In this document: positions 27,638 to 41,589 of the stretch, piece by piece
Numbering within the stretch: position 1 is the first letter of the stretch
Layout of the letters: each line of letters begins with the position of its first letter
NCBI GenBank assembly: GCA_964016885.1
Contig: OZ024751.1
Location: 36,518,001-36,582,000 of the forward strand
Length of the DNA stretch: 64,000 nucleotides
From: Eledone cirrhosa
Taxonomy: Eukaryota
Direction of reading: 5' to 3'
Notes under the pieces: generated by a model
The model's database searches: none
What the model saw: only the letters and a program-made list of their open reading frames with translations
Told to the model about the DNA's origin: nothing
Translations under genes and position numbers: made by a program

Positions 27638-28473
27638 GACCTTTGACACTTGCACCTCTCTAAGACAATGTCACTGGACTGAGATCTTCGGCGCCACGCA
27701 GTAATACAGAAGACCCGCCTTGCCTATGTACAAAGCGAAACCTAGTCAGTAGGCACCTCTTAACCAAATCATATCATCATTTCATTTCACGTCCGCTTTT
27801 TCCCTGCTTGCAAGGGTGGGACGGGAACTGATTCTGGCTTGATTTCTACAGCTGGATGCCTTTCCTAACACCAACCTCATTTACAGTGAGTGCTGGGTTC
27901 TTTTTTGCCATGGCACCTCCACAACCACTTTGCAGTGGAATGATATGGACCCCAGTCCCTATCACCTCATTTCTACAGCTGAGTAAACTGAAGCAATGTG
28001 AAATAAAGTGTCTTGCTCAAGGAAACAACACATCACCGGTCTGAGAATTGAACTCGCAACCTTTCGATTGCAAGGCCAATGCTCTAACCACTAAGCCATG
28101 TGCCTCCATATAATACACCCCAATCCACTACTCCATCCTCCCACTCCCAACACCACCCTTTTTTTGTAAGGTTGGTACCACAACATCCAGACCAAAATTG
28201 AGATTAATGAGATCAAGATCGTGTAGGTGTCAGGAAAAAAAAAAAAAAAAAGTCCATGCTGTAGTGTGGCCGTGTAGGTAACGCAGTATAAAAAGTTCCC
28301 AGTCCACACTGTAAATGTGGTTGGTGTTAGGAAAGGCATCCAGCCGTAGAAAACCTGCCAGATAGTCCTATACGAGTTAGACACGGTCACCCGACCAACC
28401 TTGCCTCAAATTGGGACAACTCCCGTCTAACCCATGCTAGCGTGGAAGATAGACGTTAAACGATGATGATGAT
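27638..28473 (+). mobile_element. RTE LINE 3' end (family B) interrupted by a family C SINE
   Basis: 27675-27758 is the reverse-complement match of 18630-18716. 28110-28473 continues the 3'UTR to the (TGA)n tail. Confidence 0.8.
27772..28107 (-). mobile_element. tRNA-derived SINE family C (CORE-like centre, RTE tail), full length
   Basis: Minus head GGAGGCACATGGCTTAGTGGTTAGAGC (A box), GAGTTCAATTC (B box), CCTTGAGCAAGACACTTTATTTCAC, and a (TGA)n tail. Highly similar to 62125-62460. Confidence 0.87.
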
Positions 28474-29274
28474 CAAAATGGTCCCTTATATATACAACTA
28501 GTTTCCTCAACTAAAAAAATGATTTTTGAAGAATGAAAGCAAAACCAAAACCTACAAGCTGATACTGTTTTGCCTTCTGATGGCAATGAAACCAAATTGA
28601 TGTAGTTACATTACTGGTAAATAACTTGCATCACATTTGCAATATATAAAAAAAAAGTACCAGGTTTCTTTAACCCTTAATTAAACATCATTCCATTCCA
28701 CTCCAAACCAATAAATTTACAGAATACACACTAAATTCCTAAAAAAAAACATGAAGTTTATTGGTTTATAGTGTTGCCAAGATTAAATAAATCTTTAAGA
28801 GAAAAAGGGGAAAAAAGTAACAGGAACTCAAGATTATCATTTTTAGAATCAGTCATAGCCTTTTTTTTTAATGAGTTGGTGTGGACTAATTAAAAACACT
28901 GCCTTGCAAATTTATTTTGCCTGCATATTTTTCTTTTTAAACAAATTGGAGAAAAATTAGACTTTCATATAAACCCCATCTGCATGAAAGCAATAAATAA
29001 TAACAACAATGATAATATGTTCAACTTTGGCAATTAATTTCTAGCTTCGAGGAATATTTAGTTCTCTTAAAAAAGAAAAATAGAATTCAGTTAATGGAGG
29101 CTTCAAAGGAATGCAATTTTCAGATACAACAATGTGTATTTTTTTTTAAATATCAAAACTTCAACCCATTATTATTCATCTACCATGACACAAACTTTCT
29201 TTCCTCATTCCTTTTTTGTTAAAGGACACAATATATAAATTTGAAAGATTTTGAAAGATCTTGCAAGAAACTGA

Positions 29275-29662
29275 GCTCCTTTGATACCAAACTGCCTGAA
29301 ACAACTTCTTCAGCGGAACTATATTATTTGTAAATATTCATCTAAAAACCTTCCATCCTAATTGTATGAAAAGTTATATTCTGAACACTAGTTTAAGAAC
29401 GAGAAAGTTATATTACTAAATAACTCCAAATTCTTGATTATTTCCAAAATAAATTTAAACTCAAGTATTGTCTTCCATTGGAAATATGGTAACAAAATGG
29501 TAAAACGTTTATGTTTAAAAAAAAGCAAACAATTTTTTTATGTTCCAAACACCAGCATAGTAATTGAGAAAGTTATATTACTAAATGACTAAATTCTTGA
29601 TAAGTTCCAAAAATTAATTGAAATCATTTTGTCTTTCATTGGCAATATGGTAACAAATGGAT
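29275..29662 (+). mobile_element. Old MITE family 2 remnants (ccttttgataccaa...tggtaacaaaa)
   Basis: Same motifs recur near 21710-21830, 30780-31010, 36760-36999, 59493-59710 and 60257-60508, several ending aagggttaa. Confidence 0.55.
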
Positions 29663-30354
29663 TACTACACAGAAACATAGTATCAAGAATTAGGATACCA
29701 AATACTAATTATGAAGTATGTCAAACTACTACTTTTGGTTTTTATTTATTATTTGGTTGTATATATTTTTAAGTGCAGCAGCTGAGAAGATAAGGTAATG
29801 TACTCTGAGACAAAAAACAGGATGAAAGCAGGAAGGTGGAGTGGAGTGGAGGGGGTTGGATGAGGGGGGTGGGAATCTGAATTTTTTTTTTGTTGTTTTT
29901 TTTTTCTTCAGAACAAAATTTTTTAAACATGGAAATATGAAAGGGTTTTGGTGGAGAGAACTTCTTGGCTGGCTTCGTAGTTTAAAATATATAACACTTA
30001 AAAAAGAAAAAAAAACTTTGGACTACATAATAGGCCTGAAGAGACACACACACACGTACAACTACACACACACTTCACATAAAAATACGAAGTGCTAGAT
30101 AATGTGACAGTTATTGAAAATTCATAACAGATTTTCTGGGTGCCATTCTAAGATTTCAGTATTGTCAACAAAAAAAAAAATGAGCACAGCTACATACAAA
30201 CAGACAAATAAATATATAAAAAGGAAAAATATACTTTCTTAACCGTTAATATTCGTTCCTATGTTCCATGGTATTTGGGTTAAGACAGTTCCACTGATGG
30301 GAAGGAAATGAGATTTCACAGCCAAATGCATTAAACACTGGAGGGGGGGGGGGG

Positions 30355-30434
<80 letters not shown>

Positions 30435-32823
30435 CAAGAGAGAAAAAAAAGGGGGAAACAAACTAAATTTTCCTGTCTTGACCTACACAGCAGTGATGTG
30501 GTACAAGAAATAGATTTAGCAGAATTCCAAACCACCTTCCATATATTATTGTCAGTGGCAGAGAATAGAAATGAGGTTAACATGAATTCTTATTCCGAAC
30601 TTTTATGATATCATCAGAATCCAGGCATTAACCTTTCCGTTAAATTAACGTATATTTCATTAGATTTTTGTTGAGTTAATAAAAAAATTGGAAGGGTTTA
30701 ATAATAAAGCTATTAATTACTTCATTATTACGATGGAATTTGTAACATAAAAGATTCTTATAGCAAATTATTTTGGAAGATTTTAATTTAAATAAACCAC
30801 CTGCAACCAACCCTGGTTTTTATTATACTTGTGGTACTTGTTGTAAAGTGTTTATTTTTATCTAAAAACCTTCCATAACTTCATATAAGAACCTTTGTTA
30901 AATTATATCTCAACTCAATTTATATTACTAAATCCTTGCAAATTATTTAAAAAACTATTTAAACATCATAGGCAGTATCTTTCATTAGCAACATGGTAAA
31001 AAATGGGTTAAAGAAAAGAAAAAGCATAGCATTGTTTATAACTGTCTTCACAAGCAGTGTTTATGTGATAAGGATCAGAGCCATGCTGGAGCACCTCCAA
31101 GGGTTTAGTCGACCATTTCAACTTCAGTGTGTATTCTATTGATCTGTTTGTCAAAACACTAAGTTACAGGAAATAAAACACAAGAGATAGAGAGAGAGAG
31201 ATGAAGAGAAAGACTAACAGGTTTCTAGACAGCTTCTGTCCAGTAAAGTTCAGTCACAAGCCATTGGTTTAGTGGCTATGAAAATATACTTGCTTGAGAT
31301 ACTATGTGTAATTGGATTCAATCGAGGGCATAATTACAAAGAACTTCCTTCTAATCATTCAATCATATATGTGTTTGTATGTTTACTGTGTTTGTATGTT
31401 TACTGTGTGTGTTTGTGTGTGCCCTTATCTATATACAACAGGCTTCTGTACAGTTTTCATCTATCAAATTTCCTCCACATGGCATTGCTCAAAGCTGAGG
31501 CTAGAGTAGTAGAAATTGCTCAAGGTTTCATGCAGTTGGACTGAACTAGTGGATTTGGTAAGACAATTACTTGAGACACTATGTAGTGGGATTGAACCCA
31601 GGCGATCATTATTTGCAAAGTGAACTTCCTAACCACTTAGCCATATCTGCAAGTGTAAGTCCATTAAGTTCACTAGTTTCATAATGAACTACTTCTAGAT
31701 TAAGCATGATAAAAAAGGATGTTTACATCTCAATTGCTGATTATATCTAAGCACTCTGACTCAGTACCATGACAGTCTCTACCAGTGACTAACCAACCAA
31801 ACAGATGATGTCACACATTGTGAAAGTATTCATTTTCATACTAGCCAACCAATGTTAACAATTGTCTTCAATGATTTTTATATTAACCCTTTCAGTACAT
31901 TTCTAATAGAATATACTGTATGAATTTCAATTAATTTTTAAAATAATACTAACAACAATAATAAAAATTAGGAGGCATTCAGTAATTAAAAAAAAAAGTG
32001 TTTATTAAGTTAATGTTTAGAAAAGTTTCTAACAAAAATATTATCGAAGGTTTAAATTTTAGGAACATTTTAAAACAAATGGTTTTTCATCATAAAACAG
32101 GGGTGCGCGGGCAGCTTCTTGATATAAGAGTTATAGGGTCAAATGTAGGGCTGGGGGGTAGTAATACTTTTGTTACTCTTTTTTAACTCAAACATCCCTT
32201 TAATGAATTAGAAGAAAATATCTAAAAGCAGGTTTGTTGATTCAAATGTCTATATTATTATGGTGAGACACATCATTTTGACTATTTGCAGTAAACTAAA
32301 ATAAAGACATTTTTATGTGATATAGCCATAGTGCTGTGTTTGTGTTGCCTACGTGGATATGGTTTCATGTTGTAGAGGATGCTAAGAGTTAATGAAATAC
32401 ACTCGCTACCTATGATGTAGTTCTCTCTATACCAGGAGAGAGAATTAGGTCACTTGTACGAGAATGGCATATAAAACAAACAGGTTCAAGGATTTATTAT
32501 GCAGAGATTACCAAGCAGATTTTAATCTTGCATGTGAAACTTAAGACCCTTCATTTCGTCAGTCCTATTAATCCATTGGAGTTGCTTGGGAGTAGATGAC
32601 ATTAGGCATTTAGAAATACTTTTCATAGTGTCGTACATGTTTCTTCTTCCTCTCCTTTTCCACACAAACTTTGTATGCAAATGAGGGTATAGAAAAAAGT
32701 TCATAAACATTAATCACACCATCAGTTAATGCAATACATTTTTATATACTACAAACTCTTTATACACATTGAGTGCTCTCCACTACGCACCAGCCTGGTG
32801 AGCCTGAGGTCAAGACATACATA

Positions 32824-33038
32824 CATCATCATTTCCGCTTTTTCCCTGCTTGATTCTGGCTTGATTTCTACAGCTGAATGCCTTTCCTAACACCAACCTC
32901 ATTTACAGTGAGTGCTGGGTGCTTTTTTGCCGTGGCACCCCCACAACTACTTTGCAGTGGAATGATATGGACCCCAGTCCCTATCATCTCATTTCTACAG
33001 CTGAGTAAATTGGAGCAATGTGAAATAGTGTCTTGCTC
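32824..33038 (-). mobile_element. SINE family C, 5'-truncated
   Basis: Near-identical to 27830-28018. Confidence 0.85.
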
Positions 33039-33674
33039 ATATATGCCCATGGATGGCTGGAACAGGTAAAAGAGTAAAGGAGTATATATATCTTTATAAG
33101 CCACAAGGACAACACATTTATGGGAGACTTGTCAAGTTTTGGGTTATTATAAGCAATCACATTTCATTTTATCAAATCCATAAGGATGAAAGCAGAGTAA
33201 TAGAGCCAGCCTTTTTCTTGCCATCTTTTTGCTACACACATCATTTATTTATAAGTTTACTGTGTTTATAAACCAGCCTCTCTATAACAAGCCCTGTGAT
33301 CAACAAAAAGTCTTTTCTGTAAAAATATCTCACCTATTGAAGCTAAGACTTTATCACTGCTGAAAGAGGCACAAAGAAGTTTATATAATTAAAAATTATT
33401 ACAGTGACAAAAGATGAAGGAGGTTTTTGAATGCCACCTTACGCTAGATATATTCATAAATACCAAAACTTCACAATTAACTTATTGTATTCATTATATA
33501 AGATATCACAGTAGCTAAATGTGGAAAGCTACACACAATCGGAGACATGAATAATGCTCGGTTTGAGACATTCTTACAGCGGTCATTAACTGTTTTTATT
33601 ACCATATTTATGATAAAACACTGCCTATGTTCTCATAGAAAAAGGGATTTGATAATATTGAAGTTTCTTTATTA

Positions 33675-33866
33675 AGCTGGTGAATTGGCAGTATTGGTAG
33701 AGAGTCGGACGCCATGCTTTTGCAGCATAGTTATTGTGTCTTTACGGTCTGAGTTCAAATCCCGCTGAGATTAATTTTGCCTTTCCTCCTTACAGGGTCG
33801 ATAAAATAAAGTACCAGTAATACACTGGTATAATTGCTGGCCTTGTGCCAATAGTAGAAACAATTA
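33675..33866 (+). mobile_element. SINE family A with TSD
   Basis: Full head, core and tail; ttattaagctggtg occurs on both sides. Confidence 0.87.
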
Positions 33867-33991
33867 TTAAGCTGGTGGTTAGCTCAACAAAACTTCTTAC
33901 ATAAAATTATTATGGGTATCAGTTCCAAGGGTTGATTTCAGCCACAAGCCTCGGCAAGGTATGTTTGTGGAAGACCAGCAGTCACCCATGT

Positions 33992-34138
33992 ATACCAGTC
34001 TTCCCTCCCCACACCACCAATGTTGACCAATATACCAGCCTTCCCTCCCCACACCAATGTTGACCAATATACCAGTCTTCCCTCCCCACACCACCAATAT
34101 ACCAGCCTTCCCTCCCCACACCACCAACGTTGACCAAT
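33992..34138. repeat. Minisatellite (ataccag(t/c)cttccctccccacacca), 4 copies
   Basis: Directly visible. Confidence 0.9.
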
Positions 34139-34244
34139 GAGTTATATCGTTTGTTGATTATTCAACAAAAGTTAATTTTACAACAGATTAGAAGCACTCA
34201 AGTTTATCTGGAGTATCAATATTTTATATATTTATATCATTATC

Positions 34245-34476
34245 ATCATCATCATCATCATTTAACGTCCATCTTCCACGCTTGCATGGGTTTGGACGGG
34301 AGTTTTCCCCACTTGAGGCAAGAGTGGTTGTCTTGATCGCATAGGACTGCCTGGCGGGTTTTCTACGGCTGGATGCCCTTCGTAACACCAACCACGTTTA
34401 CAGTGTGGACTGGGAGGTTTTTACCGTGTTACCTACACGGCCACATTACAGCGTGGACTGTGTATTTTTTTGTCGT
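34245..34476 (-). mobile_element. RTE family B 3'UTR copy
   Basis: High similarity to 18300-18530. Confidence 0.85.
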
Positions 34477-34537
34477 AAGGAACCAGATGGACCATAACGC
34501 ACCAGAGTACTCAATACTTAGGGTAGTAGAGCGGGTA

Positions 34538-34655
34538 ATAGGAAAATGTATGACCCCGACGGCAGAGCTCAAGCCGTTCCGACAGCTATTTCTGGACTTG
34601 GTCCTGAAATACCTGTCGGAACGGCTTGAGCTCTGTCGTCGGGGTCATACATTTT

Positions 34656-34660
<5 letters not shown>
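34538..34660. repeat. 123-bp inverted repeat (60-bp arms, 3-nt loop), MITE-like
   Basis: 34538-34597 versus the reverse complement of 34601-34660 matches at 57 of 60 positions. It abuts a (TA)n tract. Confidence 0.93.
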
Positions 34661-34697
<37 letters not shown>

Positions 34698-35494
34698 GTG
34701 TGTGAATAACTTGTATGGGTAAACGTTATATTGCATTGGTAAACTTAATATCTAAAAGGAAATACCTAAAGGAAATAACTAACCTATTTGCAATGTTCTG
34801 TCTAACTCATTGTCAACACCTGATCATTAAAAAGGGGTTTACAGACCAGCTGTCCCAGTATTAGTCATTTTTTGCTGTTAAATTCAAAACTCAGGCCTTT
34901 TACACCAAGCTGTTCTGTCATATGTTATGTAAACAATAGTTTTAAAATTTTGACAAACTTCCTGGTCACAAAGTTTGACTGTCAACAGATGTATTTTGAA
35001 CTGATACTTTCACCATAACAATACCCATTGATTTTTTTTTTTTATATTCATAAATTATGACAACCAACTGGCAAAATCAGATTATGACAACGTCCTGTAC
35101 CTCATGAAACCACATTAACAAGAGTTCTGAAAGATACAAAGCAGACCTAAGACGGCATTATATTAAAAATTGAAGTTTTAGTCTAAAACTGCAAATTCTC
35201 CATGATATATATAGAGACTAGTAAAGACTAATAAATATTTTCATTTTATGCTATAAATCATTACAGGGTGAAAGGCCTATGTGGTGCATTTCAAAGACAA
35301 CCAACTAAATCTATGCAAGATGGAAACCATAGCAGAAAAGAAAAAAACTTATCTTCTTCATGGTGATGTGGCTTACTTAGCTGGTATTTCTGATAAAATG
35401 AAAACCTACACTCCTAACATCTTGTACTAATTTAGCAGAGTGTCTAAAAAGTAGTTCGTTAATTCAAATGTTTAAGTGTATCTTTACTGGTGGA

Positions 35495-35845
35495 CATCAT
35501 CATTTAACGTCCATCTTCCACGCTTGCATGGGTTTGGACGGGAATTTTCCCACTTGAGGCAAGATTGGTTGTCTTGCTCGCATAGGACTGTCTGGCGGGT
35601 TTTCTACGGCTGGATGCCCTTCCTAACACCAACCACGTTTACAGTGTGGACTGGGAGGTTTTTACCGTGCTACCTACCCGGCCACATTACAGCGTGACCT
35701 GTGTGTTTTTTTGTCATGACACCTACACGGCCTCATTTATTTCGGACTGGCTGTTGTGGTACCAACATAACTTTACATCGAAAGGGGTGGTGGATGGCGT
35801 GGGGGTAGTGGGACGGGTCGTCTATTTTTGTGGTGCCTACTGACT
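35495..35845 (-). mobile_element. RTE family B 3'UTR copy
   Basis: High similarity to 18305-18640. Confidence 0.85.
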
Positions 35846-36436
35846 GAAAACTTTTTTGAAAATTTGCAACCCGTCTTGTCTTGTACTTTTCTTCAAGTAA
35901 GTATTGCAACTTCATGTGGTGCAGGATGTTAATTGAATTTGAAAATAATGAAGAATTTGGAGGAAGAGCTTGGCTTAGTTTTTGCATCAAGTAGATAGTT
36001 GGAACATCGCTTAAAACAAGGCTCCAACACAAAAACCGCCCATAATGTTTTTTTTTTTAAAGTAATAAACACTTCAAAACAGACAATTTTATATGAAAAC
36101 CAGAAGCAGTTTCAGACAGGGTGATATCAAAAAGGTGAATCTAAAACAGAAAGAATGCAGCCAAAAGCTTTATAAATAAAATTTATAATAGTACAGGAAA
36201 GAGACCACCATCTATCATCACCATCATCCTAGCTATGAAATGTATTTTATGATTTAAGAGATGATAATCTAAAAACATACTGTATAGATCTGCAATAACT
36301 GAAGTAAGGATTTAATAACTTAACACTTTTGTTACCATATCACTAATTAAATATACTGTGCAGGAATGACAATGTATTTAAGGAATGTTTTCCTATTATA
36401 TGAAGTGGCTTCTACTATGTAGAAGAATGTCATATC

Positions 36437-36615
36437 TTTGCCGTTTTACGCCTGTTCTAGCATGGGTTAGATGGGTTGTCCTGTTGTGGGCAGTGTCCAC
36501 TCGGCTGATCTTGCTCCTACGGGAACTGATTCTGGCTCAATTTCTACAGCTGGATGCAGTGAGTTGAGAGCTGGGTGCTTTTTTCCATGGCACCTCCACG
36601 ACCACTTTGCAGCGG
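36437..36615 (-). mobile_element. SINE family C-related fragment
   Basis: acgggaactgattctggctcaatttctacagctggatgc...ccatggcacctccacgaccactttgcag. Confidence 0.7.
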
Positions 36616-37282
36616 GGAGGGGGGGGGGGGCATATTGTCTATATGCTTCAGCTTCGGCTTGTACCCATGGGAAGCCATATATATATATTTATATATATAA
36701 GTTTATCCTGGGTTCAATCATATGGGTGTATCCTTGTTTACATTTGTGTGTATGTCCCAATAAACTTTGCAGTTTGACAAAGAGATTGATTAAAACAACT
36801 AAATCTAGTTGGTGCCCCAGCATGACCATACTCTGACAAACTTTCAAGAGATTTAGTTACATACCTTTCATTATGATGCATGGAACAAACAGATAAAAAT
36901 ATGATAAGTTTTTGTTTTAAATTCAAAACTGATTAAAATAAGCAGCTTTGCATTGTAGAACCCAGGGCAGTTTCAGGAAATTGATATACAAAGGGTTAAA
37001 CATACTAGGGATTCCTGACATTGAAAGAAGCCCTATTTGTGTGCAAAACAGAATTGCATGAGTATCATTGAGTTACAAATAAAGGTTTCTATGAAATGTG
37101 TTTATAGTGGAGAATGAAGTTTCATTCATTAGGGAATGAAGCCAAACTAATTGTTCATTGTGGTTTCTATGTAGTAGTGAATGTATTTTGTTTGGTAGCA
37201 TAGTAACCCGTGTGTGTGTGTGGGGGGGGGGGGGGGGGGTTTACAATTTTCGCCAAAGTTTAGACTGAACATTATTAACCTT

Positions 37283-37400
37283 CTGAGTTTAAATCTCGCC
37301 GAGGTTAACTTTGCCTTTTATGTTTACGGGGGTCGATAAAATAAAGTACCAGTAATACACTTGGATAATTGCTGGCCTTGTGCCAAAAGTAGGAACAATT
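37283..37400 (+). mobile_element. SINE family A, 5'-truncated, with TSD
   Basis: Core and tail present; attattaacctt is duplicated. Confidence 0.85.
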
Positions 37401-39984
37401 ATTAACCTTGTTGGGTGTATGCAAAAGGGATCATTATTTAACATCCATTTTTCCATGCTTCACTTGGGCCACAAAACTATTGGTAAGACAGCATTATATT
37501 AGAAAGTTTTTATTGATGCAAAATTTCACAATCTGTCCTCCATAGAACAACAAACCCAATTTTACATAATTTCTGCTAAATCACTACAGGAAGTTAATAG
37601 TTAATACAGTGTTTGCTTTCTTAATTATTCTTATTGTAATCATATTAATTAAAAATATATGCTATATTGTTATTACTATAATTAATTAATTAACAATGTA
37701 CCCATATCAGTAAAATAAACTTTTTTTAAATTTAAGTTATAATTACATCTAGTAATTTTATTAGGGTGGTAGTCATAGAATTGTCTTAAGATGATGTATA
37801 GCAAAAACAATTCTGCGCTTTATAATAGTCTTTCTTTTACACACGATATTTCTAGCTAACAATAATATTCCTATATTCTAAAAGAATGTATTAATCTAAT
37901 AAACCCTCTCTCTTAATTTCTATAAGAACCTTTGCTGAGCTTAAATTATTTTCAAAATTCTTTGAAAAACATTTGCAGAGTCAGTCTTTTATTTAGAAAT
38001 AATACAGAAAGCTTTAGATATAAACCTCCACACTAATAGCATTCTCATCTATTTGGTAGTGACATTTATTGTACTTTAAGGTCAAACTTCAGTTGTATAT
38101 CAGCAGTTTTTAATACCCCTAAAATACACAACTATAAAAACTGAAATTACTAAGTTTCTAATTAATTTCTATTCTTTTCCAACTGGTTTCACATGGATTA
38201 GAACATTTTAAGACTATTTTATACCCAATTATCATCTTAGTCTTACTACATCAAGATAAGCAGTGTGATTGTTGGCCTTTTGTACAGCTTTTTCAGCTCA
38301 ACACAAATACAAAATGATTTTTTTTTTTTATAAATTTGAAGATTTGTATTAGCAATTGATTTTATACGTATGCCATTCATATAATTAAATGATTAGTTGA
38401 GAGAGTGAGACAAAGAGTAAGCGAGACAGAGAGAAGCAGGGTATACAATCTAGTTATAAAATCAGTCACATGTTTAAATTTGCTAAGACCACATCTGTTT
38501 GTCCAGACAGACTAAAAATTGGGCAAACTATAAAAAAAAAATCTTGTGACAAGTCACCTAGTGCTCTCAACCCTATGGCCATTCAGCTCCTCCCTAAATA
38601 TTCTAAATACTTAAGTTTGTATCTGTATTTACAACTTTTTAATAGATTACAAAGCTTGGAATCTTTCACAATACAAAAACTATCTTAAATCATTCATCAA
38701 TGTATTTTCAATGAAATACTGTATTTGAATTAGTTTAAAGAGATTTACTAAAGCTTAATTATTTCCTTACTAAGATGGTATTACTAACAATTATATTGCA
38801 AGGTTTTAGTTTCAATAAAGAGCATAGAGTTTGATCAGTAAGATTCCCAGACCTCATTTCTTACTGAGTGGGGTAATAAAAGCCATTTAAAATGAATGGT
38901 GTTCGTTCCTAGAGGCAGTTTTAGGCAGGTTGCTATCAAAGGGTTAAGGTGTTTGTTATTTAAAAACCTTCATTACTGTTTTATAAAACCTAAGAAATGC
39001 TGATATGTTTGTACACACAGACAAAAAAAGAGGAAATATTAAAACAATTTAAGTGCAAACAGCAGGAACTATCACATTACTGTATCATTTTACTTATGGC
39101 GGTAACCACATTCTTCCCATAGCCAACAAAGTTGGTCTTAATCAAAGCCAGTCAAATAATTCTATGTTCTTAACCCTTTACAGCTCACACCCATGCAGCT
39201 TTTGCTGGCCTTCTAGAAGGTTGCATTTTTTTTTTATGTGTTTGAAGGATAGTCTCCAGTTCTATAAAATAAAATAGAATGAAATGAAGTCATTTGCTAT
39301 CATCAAAGAATCAAACCTGTGACCTTAACCCTTCAGGTAAAATGTCAATGTGACATGAAGCATTTTACTCAGGAACACAAGCTGCCCAATCCTAGAGTCG
39401 AATCTATCACGTTATGTTGAGACCAACACCCTAAGTCCCTAAGTACTATGTCACATGCTGGAATCCTTCAACTAAAATGTCAACCACCATACTCAATTCA
39501 TGGTACAAAACAGCTCATTTTAAAGGGTTCCTGATTTAAATTAAAATATTCCAGAATAATTTGATATAACCATTTGCCCCTTTAATGAACTAATTCAAGA
39601 ACAGTGTAATTCATTATAAATATGGTACTGAATGGGCTAAAAACCATTTTGTATTCTGAGAAAAGAACAGTCAACACAGCACAGGTCACAACCATTTTAT
39701 AAATTATAAACAAAAATTCCTTGCCAAAATTCCTGAAAGAATATCTAAATTTGAAAATCATTCCACCCAAAATTAGCAAAAGAAACCAATTAAAATATTA
39801 ATTAAACTTGTCCAACTAAGATAATTTCAAAGTAAAAATTCAAAAACAAATCTATGCAGATCTGCTCAAATATTTTCATTGAGAGATATTTTATATTTGA
39901 TGAATGCAGCTAGGATTGACCTTTGTTATATTTTGCATCACTTTTCATGATATGGCTGGGAAAACTCATTAAAATCCCCCAAAA

Positions 39985-40392
39985 AACCTACGATATGCAA
40001 CCTAGTAAGAGGTCAGCTAACACTACATAGGTGCAAGCTGTAACAACAGACTAAGGCCTCTATCATTAAAACACCCAAGACACCTACTTAAAATTGCAAC
40101 CTTGTAGGAGGCTAGCTAATGCTACATAGAAATGCTACCTCTTAGGATGTCAGCTAATCTTACATAGGTGTGAGCTGTAACAAGCTATGGTTCCTATCAT
40201 TAAAACACACAAGACACCTACTTAGAAATAAAACCTTGTAGGATGCCAGCTAATCCTACATAGGTGTGAACTGTAACAGCATTGACTGGAACTACTATTA
40301 AAATATCCAAGACACCTTCTTGTAGAAGGGGAGGGCAGCTAATGTTACATAGGAGTGATCTGCACACAAGCTAGATGGGCGTGAGCTGTACA
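39985..40392. repeat. Diverged ~100-bp tandem repeat, about 4 units with partial subunits
   Basis: Recurrent cagctaa..ctacataggtg..agctgtaaca...ctatcattaaaacac.caagacacctactt. Confidence 0.8.
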
Positions 40393-40870
40393 GTTCATAT
40401 TTTATCTTCATCCAAACAAAACCTGCTCATATCCTAAACAATATATGAAGTGTTCACTGGAGCTTTTCCTCTCCCTTTCAGTACTAACTGCAAACAATTT
40501 CACTAAACTCCATGTGATACAACAGATGGCCAGATGGCACAGAGTATGTGTGTCCATACATTTATGTGTGTGTGTGCATGTGTGTGTGCGTATATAAACT
40601 TTGACATATTGCTGGTGGTGTCAGGGGGTCTAACACTCAACATTATATATATATTACACAAGAGGAGCGGCTTTGGAAGGTGACCAAAAGTGCAGATACT
40701 CTAGGTTGGGCCAGGTTGTGTCTATACCTGTCTACCTTCCAAATGGCAAGCTGCTCTTCCTTCAAACATTTCTGTTCACATGCAAACATGTGAAAAGAAA
40801 AAAATGTTCACACAGAAAAATTAATGAGCTATGATAGATTTAAAAACACAATGAAAGCATCTGGTCAGTG

Positions 40871-40904
<34 letters not shown>

Positions 40905-41246
40905 ATGTGTATATGTGTGTGTCTGTGTGTGTGTGTGTGTGTGTGTCACAGTGGTGACATGCATGTGTGGGTCCCATAAATGTTAAGAAAACTACTGAAC
41001 ACCAGCTAATGTTTACTTTATGTCACAAGGTTAGACAGCTGATTAGTCATTTAAGGTCTAGTAATAATAGTAATAAAATAATGATAATAGTAGCTGTAAT
41101 AGTAGTAGTAATAAAAACTACTAGAGCTTCTTTGTGAATATCACCAGCTGCTGATTGTGATTAGACTACCATGACAGTTGAGAGGTGGAAAGAGGGAGAG
41201 TTTCAATATAATAAAAATAAATATGAAAAAAAAATAATCAAGTTTA

Positions 41247-41300
<54 letters not shown>

Positions 41301-41589
41301 ATGAAAAGGAAAAAAAAAATGGCCAATCCATGTGTAGTAAAATATTTAACAGTGACCTCATTAAAAATGTATTTAAAGCTAGCACTGCTATCAAATACAA
41401 TAGCTAAACAGAAAGAAAAAAGCCCACAATTTAATATATCATGAATCTAGCTTTAACTACAGATCCTCTCAATGGATAAGAAGATCACTTTGCAATCAAG
41501 CCCATGGTTCGATCGCACTGCATGGCAATATGGGTATCTTGGGCAATCATTTATCATAGCCTCACGTTGAACTATGTTTTTTGTGAGTT

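Noticed and set aside
28035-28107. tRNA-like sequences with A and B boxes (also 43732-43800, 62390-62460)
   Set aside because: They run directly into SINE bodies and lack a proper acceptor stem, so they are SINE heads and not tRNA genes.
34538-34660. Hammerhead ribozyme in the long hairpin
   Set aside because: A GAAA follows a short stem, but no CUGANGA core is present on either strand.
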